A stretch of DNA of 64,000 bases. Source: Malacoraja senta. Taxonomy: Eukaryota. The notes under the pieces were generated by a model. It saw only the letters and a program-made list of their open reading frames with translations. It was not told where the DNA came from and made no database searches. Shown one piece after another: positions 57,647 to 64,000 of the stretch; position 1 is the first letter of the stretch; each line of letters begins with the position of its first letter. The translations under genes and the position numbers were made by a program. Location of the stretch: contig JAXLNO010000170.1 in assembly GCA_038087875.1 (NCBI GenBank), positions 62,001-126,000 on the forward strand, read 5' to 3'.

Positions 57647-60600
57647 CATCAGTATGATGGCACAGTACAATACATGTTAGTTCCAGTCTACCATTGGTGT
57701 GACTACGTAATATAGGAAGTGAATGTTAATATAAAGTGTTCAATAGGGTGGAGTTAGTGGTAGTTCATTACTCTGATTGGTTCACATGCAATAACCAATC
57801 TACATCCTTCCCCATAGAGGAAAGTGTTGTTAAGCAGTTGTTAGAATACGTGCGGTTAAACATACTCGCCGTACCTGTCAGGCGGTCTACTAACCCGACC
57901 CGAGCGCGTATGGACAAACCCCTCCCCCTCCGTTCTGGAAGAGTTAGTAGGGCTGGGTGGTGGAGAACCCGAGAATGAGAACGCAGCCGGGGAACCTAGT
58001 GATGAACAGCAGGGCGAGCATGCAGGACCAGGGGTGCTGAGGAGTGAGGGAACCGAACGTCGCGGGGTGTGCAAGCTGGGGTCAGGGGGTCGGGGATGGA
58101 CAACAGCAGCAGGCATCTTGAAAACCAACGGCTGGTCGCGGCTCATTCACGGGCAGAAGATGTTGACGGCTGCGCCGGTACAGAGCACCATCGACGTTGA
58201 CAAGGTAGGAACAAGGTTCCTTGGATGGTCTCTCAATGAAACCCAGTCGGGTGTGTCCAACTGCCGACTGCAGGCGAACCACTTGACCTTGCAGTAACGG
58301 TTTAAGTGGTTTGCTCGACTTGTCATAGGAGCGCTTCTGGACATCATGTTTTTCCTGAATGCGCTTCTGGACCGCAGCTGGTTTGAGCATCTGTGGCTTC
58401 AGCTGTTGCTGGGCAACGGGGAGCTGGGGCCTTGTCGTGCGAGACATCAGGCGCTGGGCGGGAGAGCACAGGACACCATCCCTGGAGATGTTTCTTAGGT
58501 TTAACAGATCTAGGTAGACATTGGATTTGGCAAGATGCGAATGTTCCATTAGTTGCTTTGCACTCCTGACAGCACGCTCAGCGAGGCCGTTGGATTGAGG
58601 GTATTCGGGGCTGCTGGTAACATGCTGAAAGTTCCATTGTCTTGCAAAGTATTTAAATGCTTGGCTGGTGAATTGTCTTCCGTTGTCAGTTTGCAATCGA
58701 ACCGGTACACCGAATACAGTAAAATATCTCTGACGCTTTTGTATAACCATCTCAGATGTAATGGTAGGCAGCAGATCAAGTTCAAATCAATTGGAATAGG
58801 AATCGACTAGGACTAGGTAGTGTTTACCGTGCCATTCGAAAATGTCCGCAGCGAGGGATGTCCAGGGTAGTGTTGGAGCGGGTTGTTGCAGGAGAGACTG
58901 TTTCTGTTGGTGGGGTGCCAAGCTGTTGCAAGTGTAGCAGAATGCTGTTTTTTCACGTATGTATTTGGTCATTCCTGGCCAATAAAACATGCTTTGGGCA
59001 CGGGCGAGCGTGGCCTCAGTACCTGGGTGGCCGTTGTGGACGTCTTTGTAGTATTCCTCTTGCAGGGATGAGGGAATCACAACTTTGTGGCCCTTGACGA
59101 TGATCCCGTCTTGTATCACCAGTTCATCACTAACTAGGAAGAATGGCTGTACCTCCAGTGGTGTGCTGGATCGTTTCGTAGGCCAACCCCTTTTGATAAT
59201 GGAGGAGAGCAGCTGTAGCATTCTGTCAGCAGCTGTGTGCTCCGTGAGGTGAAGCAGACGTTCCGTTGGGACGAAGTCGACTTTAAGCACAGCGAGCTCG
59301 TCACACTCAAAGCGGTGTTGTTCACAGGACGCCCGTGGCGCTCGAGAGAGTGTCAGCGATGAGATTATCTTTGCCCTTTTTGTAGACAATCTGGAAATCA
59401 AAGCGCTGGAGCTGCATCATCATGCGCTACAAACGTGCAGGCGCTGCGTGAATAGGCTTGTTCAGGATGGTGACCAGGGGTTGGTGGTCGGTTTCAATTG
59501 TAATAGTTTTCCCAAAGATAAAGTCTCTGAACTAGGAACATGCAAAAACGACAGCTAGCGGCTCCTTTCCGATTTGGGCATAGTGCTGCTCGGTCTCTGT
59601 CATGGTTCGGGAGGCGTACGATACGGGTAGCACTGTACCATCGGTTGTTGTTTGCAGGCAGGCTGCGCCTAAACCGTATTGCGAGGCGTCACTGGTGATA
59701 GTGACCGGCCACATGAGGTCGAAATACGTCAAGGTGGGGGCGCTAGCCAGCTGCAGTTTTAAAGAGTCAAACACTTGCTGGTGTTGCTGGTACCAGGCCC
59801 AGGCAGTGTCCTTGTGAGTGTTGTCTTTGTGGCGAGACTAGTTCGCTGAAGTTGGGTATGAACTTCCCCAGATAGTTAACCATACCCAGAAAATGCTGAA
59901 GGCTGTTCACGTCTGTGGGAGCAGGCAGTTCGTTGATGGCTGCAATCTTTTTGGGGTCCGGTTTTAACCCTTCGCTGGTGAACACATGTCCGACATAGGT
60001 AACCTCTGAGACACGGAACCTGCACTTCCTTGGGTTGAACTATAGGTTGATCTCACGTGCCCCGTCTAGAATCATTTTTAAGTTTAAGTTGTCGGCCATA
60101 CACTAAAATGTCATCAACGATGATGGCACATGGGTAACCTGTGAACAGCTGTTCCATAGCTCTCTGGAAAACCTCACTGGCTGAGTTAATTCCAAATGGC
60201 ATCCTGAGGAACTTGAATCTGCCGAATGGTGTGGCAAATGTGGTCAGTTTTGAGGATGTGTCATCCAGGGGAATCTGCCAAAACGAGCTTTTGGTGTCTC
60301 GTACTGAGAACACTGTTGCACGACCGATTTGAGCTGCTAAGTCTTCGATGGTCCTCATTGGGTAGTGTGGTCATTTAATAGCTGTGTTCAGGTCACTTGG
60401 GTTAATGCACACACGGAGCTCGTCTTTGTCTTTCTTTTTTGTAACAACCATGGTGGAGACCCAGTCTGTGGGATCACTTATTTCAGCCGGTACCCCCATG
60501 GACACCATGTGTCTCAGTTCAGCTTGAATTCTGTCATGCATAGCATGGGGTACGCGGTGAGGGGTATGGATTGCTGCAACAACATCGTGGTCAATAGTGA

Positions 60601-61043
60601 TCTTGTAGGTTATTGGCAGTTCGCCCAGTTTGTCGTCAAACAAATCCTGATAGATTTGTGTCGGTTTGTCAGGTAGGCGTAGCTTGTGAACAGCACGTCC
60701 AAAGGAAACCAATCACAGGTCTTGGCACGCATGGATTCCTAACAAAGTCTCATAGTTTGATTTCACAACATTAAAAATCAGGTTTTTAGCGATATTGTCC
60801 ACTACACACTTGAAATCAGCTTTTCAGAGAGGGTGCAAGGTGGAGAAATCCTTCGCCAAGGTCTCATTATTCCTTATCTTTTTGTAGACTTTCAGGGACA
60901 TCACATTCACGAGCGCTCCCATGTCCAATTTAGCAAGTAGAGACTTGTTATTAATGTGCACAGTAACAGAAGGGTCCAGGAGCTTGCCAGATGTGCATAG
61001 GAGAGTGTGCCCAGTAGCCTCGTCTTGTGAACTAATTGATTCT

Positions 61044-62843
61044 CAATTCAATTCAATTCAATTCAACTTTATTGTCATTGCACAGATACAAGTATGGGTA
61101 CAACGAAATGCAGTTTAGCGTCTGTTCATAGTAATAGTGCAATATAGAAATAAAAATACAGAATAAGAATAATATACAGAATAAAAATACAGAATAAGCA
61201 AACAATGTGGACGGAGAGACTGGAGAAATCTATCGGCGGGACTCCGAGTTCAGCAATGTGATAGTGTTGTTGAAGAAGCTGTTCCTCATCCTACTTGTAC
61301 GAGACCTGAGGCTTCTGTACCGCCCCCCTGATGGGAGGAGGGCAAACAGTCCATGGTTAGGGTGGGAGGGGTTCTTGATGATCTTCCCGGCCCGTCTCAC
61401 ACACCGTTTTCGGTGGAGGGCATCCATTGCAGGGAGCGGGGCACCGATGTACTGAGCGGTTTAAACCACCCGTTGTAGTGCCTTCCTGTCAGCTACCGTG
61501 CAACTGCTGTACCATACCGTGATGCAGGTGGTCAGGATGCTTTCGATGGTACAGCAGTAAAAGTTGGTCAGGATCTGGGGGGACAGGTGAGCTTTCTTGA
61601 GCCTCCTCAGGAAGTAAAGGCGCTGCTGCGCCTTTTTGATCAGTTTGGAGTTATTGAGGGACCAGGACAGATCCTCCGAGATGTGTACCCCGAGGAATTT
61701 GTAGTTGGAGACGCGCTCCACCTCAGTCCAGTTTATATGGATGGGGGTATATCTGCCCCCTCTTCTTCCTGAAGTCAACAATAATTTCCTTCGTCTTCTT
61801 GGAGTTGAGGACGAGGTTATTGTTGGCACACCAGGCTGCCAGGTGCTGGACCTCCTCCCTGTAGGCTGACTCGTCGTTGTCACTGATCAGTCCTACCACC
61901 GTGGTGTCGTCGGCAAATTTAATGATGGCGTTGGAGCCATTCTTAGGGATGCAGTCATGGGTGAAGAGGGAGTAGAGGAGAGGGCTGAGCACACAGCCCT
62001 GTGGCACGCCAGTGTTCAGTGTTATAGTGGAGGAGGTGAGGTTGTTGACCCTAACAGACTGTGGTCTGTTGGTGAGGAAATCCAGTGTCCAATTGCAGAG
62101 GGAGGTGGAGATGCCAAGTCCGCTGAGTTTGGTGATCAAGCTAGCGGGGATGACAGTGTTAAAGGCGGAGCTGAAATCAATGAACAGCAACCTGATGTAG
62201 GTGTTATTGCTGTCCAGGTGGGTCAGGGCAGAGTGTAGGGCCGTCAATATGGCGTCCTCTGTCGACCTGTTGTTCCGGTAGGCAAACTGATGGGGGTCCA
62301 GTGTGGGGGGGGAGGCTGGCTTTGAGGTGAGCCAGGATCAGCCGCTCAAAGCACTTTGCAATGACAGGGGTGAGTGCCACTGGGCGGAAGTCATTGAGAC
62401 TCCCTGTAGCTGATTGTTTGGGCACTGGCACAATGGTTGATGTCTTGAGGCAAGTGGGGACGACACCCTGGGCCAGTGACAGATTGAAAATGTCAGTGAA
62501 GACCAGGGATAGTTGTCCAGCACATGCCCTGAGCACCCGCCCGGGGATGCCATCGGGGCCGGCAGCTTTGTGCTCATTCACCTTGCTCAGTGCATCTTGT
62601 ACAGCAGAGGTGGAGAGACTGAGGGGTTGTTCGTTCGGGGGTGGAGCAACTTTGATGGCTGGAGTTTTGTTGTCCCGGTCAAAGCGAGCATAGAAGTGGT
62701 TTCGCTCGTCAGGAAGGGAGGCGTTATCTGGGGGGGGGGGGTGTTAACTTTATGGTAATCGGCAATGGATTTGATTCCTTGCCACATGCGCCTAGGGTCG
62801 GAGTTGTTTTGGAAATGCTCCTCGATCCGCCGTTTGAGCAGGC
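61044..62843 (-). mobile_element. Rex1/Babar-type LINE, 5'-truncated, inserted in Gypsy gag-pro
   Basis: [56 protein letters not shown](TTGAA)n tail; possible TSD ATTCT (61039-61043, 62844-62848). Confidence 0.88.
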
Positions 62844-63399
62844 ATTCTGCTTCATGGGCGGCTTCAAACTATTCAAGGGAGTCAAAGAATGTTGGGTCTT
62901 GCTGCAGCAGGTGAAGATTAGACTCTGACTTCGCATTACGGTTCCCACGGGAACAACAGCAGGCATCGAAATGCTTCATTTTCTTGCAGTAATTGCAAGG
63001 TTTTCCGTTTGCTGGGCAGAATTGTCGACCCTTATTATGGAAATAGTTGCAGTTTGCGCACCTCTGTGGTGGCTCATTCACGAATCTTTTAGTAGCGGCT
63101 GACGCGGTGCGATTACTGAAACTGGTCAGATTGACATTAAGTTTCTGAGTAACAGGCTGAGTGTCAAGCTGATCACTCAGCGGGGCTACGATCTCCGACA
63201 TGCGGCAGGCGTGTACATCCTGTTCAAGAGTCAGGTCCACATTTCATAGTAGCTCTGTTTTTAACTTTCGATCAGACATGCCGCTAACGATCTTGTCGCG
63301 TATTAACTCATTAGTGAATGTTAATATAAAGTGTTCAATAGGGTGGAGTTAATGGTAGTACATTACTCTGATTGGTTCACATGCAATAACCAATCTACA

Positions 63400-64000
63400 G
63401 AAGGAAATCCACATTAGTCAGGAAATGGTGTTGGGTGGACTGATGGGACTGAAGGCTGATAAATCCCCAGGGCCTGATGGTCTGCATCCCAGGGTGTTTA
63501 AGGAAGTGGCTCTAGAAATTGTGCACGCATTGGTGATAATTTTCCAATATTCCACAGATTCAGAATCAGTTCCTATGAATTGGAGGGTAGCTAATGTCAT
63601 CACACATTTTAAGAAAGACGGGAGATAGAAAACAGGGGATTATAGACCAATTAGCCTGACATCTGTGGTGGGGAAGATGCTGAAGTCAATTATAAAAGAT
63701 GAAATAGCGGCACATTTGGATAGCAATAACAGGATCAGTCCTAGTCAGCATGGATTTACGAAGGGGAAATCATGCTTGACTAATCTTCTGTAATTTTTGA
63801 GGACGTAACTAGGAAAATGGACAAGGGAGAGCCAGTGGATGTAGTGTACCTGGACTTTCAGAAACCATTTTCTTTGGTATTCACCAAGGAGAAGGATATT
63901 GAATTATGTGAGGTAAGGGAAACAAGTAGGGTAGCTATGGAAACTATGAGGATCAAAGAAGATGAAGTACTGACACTTTTGAAAAATATAAAAGTGGATA
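63400..64000 (+). mobile_element. CR1 RT remnant (right part), joined at ~63870 to a second CR1 piece resembling 34335-34465
   Basis: KSPGPDGLHPRV, SCLTNLL; stops present; runs off the window. Confidence 0.85.

Larger units (their letters stand above)
53353..63399 (-). mobile_element. Decayed Gypsy/Ty3 LTR retrotransposon
   Basis: TGT..ACA ends; 5-bp TSD GAAGG (53348-53352, 63400-63404); 3' LTR 53353-57804 (split by DIRS-C); partial 5' LTR 63313-63399; PPT at 57805-57813; gag CCHC, RT (IVDD), RNase H (DAS), integrase (TDNG..SNGLAER) in RT-RH-IN order. Confidence 0.93.

Overview
Eukaryotic, almost entirely retrotransposon-derived DNA. The repeat set (HE1/V-SINE-type tRNA SINEs, HER1-type CR1 LINEs, Penelope, L1, DIRS, Gypsy, Rex1/Babar) points to an elasmobranch (skate/ray/shark); this is inferred from repeat content. 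The only convincing host coding sequence is one phase-1/phase-1 exon (29839-30168, +) encoding a cysteine-less Ig V-set domain (CD2/CEACAM/HEPACAM-like), with candidate immune-type regulatory motifs nearby. Nested insertions were resolved from their junctions: L1 in L1 in a minisatellite; CR1 <- DIRS-A <- (DIRS-B, HERO-like); CR1 <- Gypsy <- (DIRS-C, Rex1/Babar). The standout is a very young, intact RLE-type (HERO-like) non-LTR retrotransposon (1179-aa ORF, 43229-46768). It has ~319-bp terminal direct repeats and a ~336-bp target duplication. Each terminal repeat contains all conserved hammerhead-ribozyme core nucleotides in a non-canonical, pseudoknotted strand order plus a consensus kink-turn. 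This suggests a unit-length (3955 nt), possibly circular, RNA intermediate. All alignments and RNA folds were done by eye; no searches were run.
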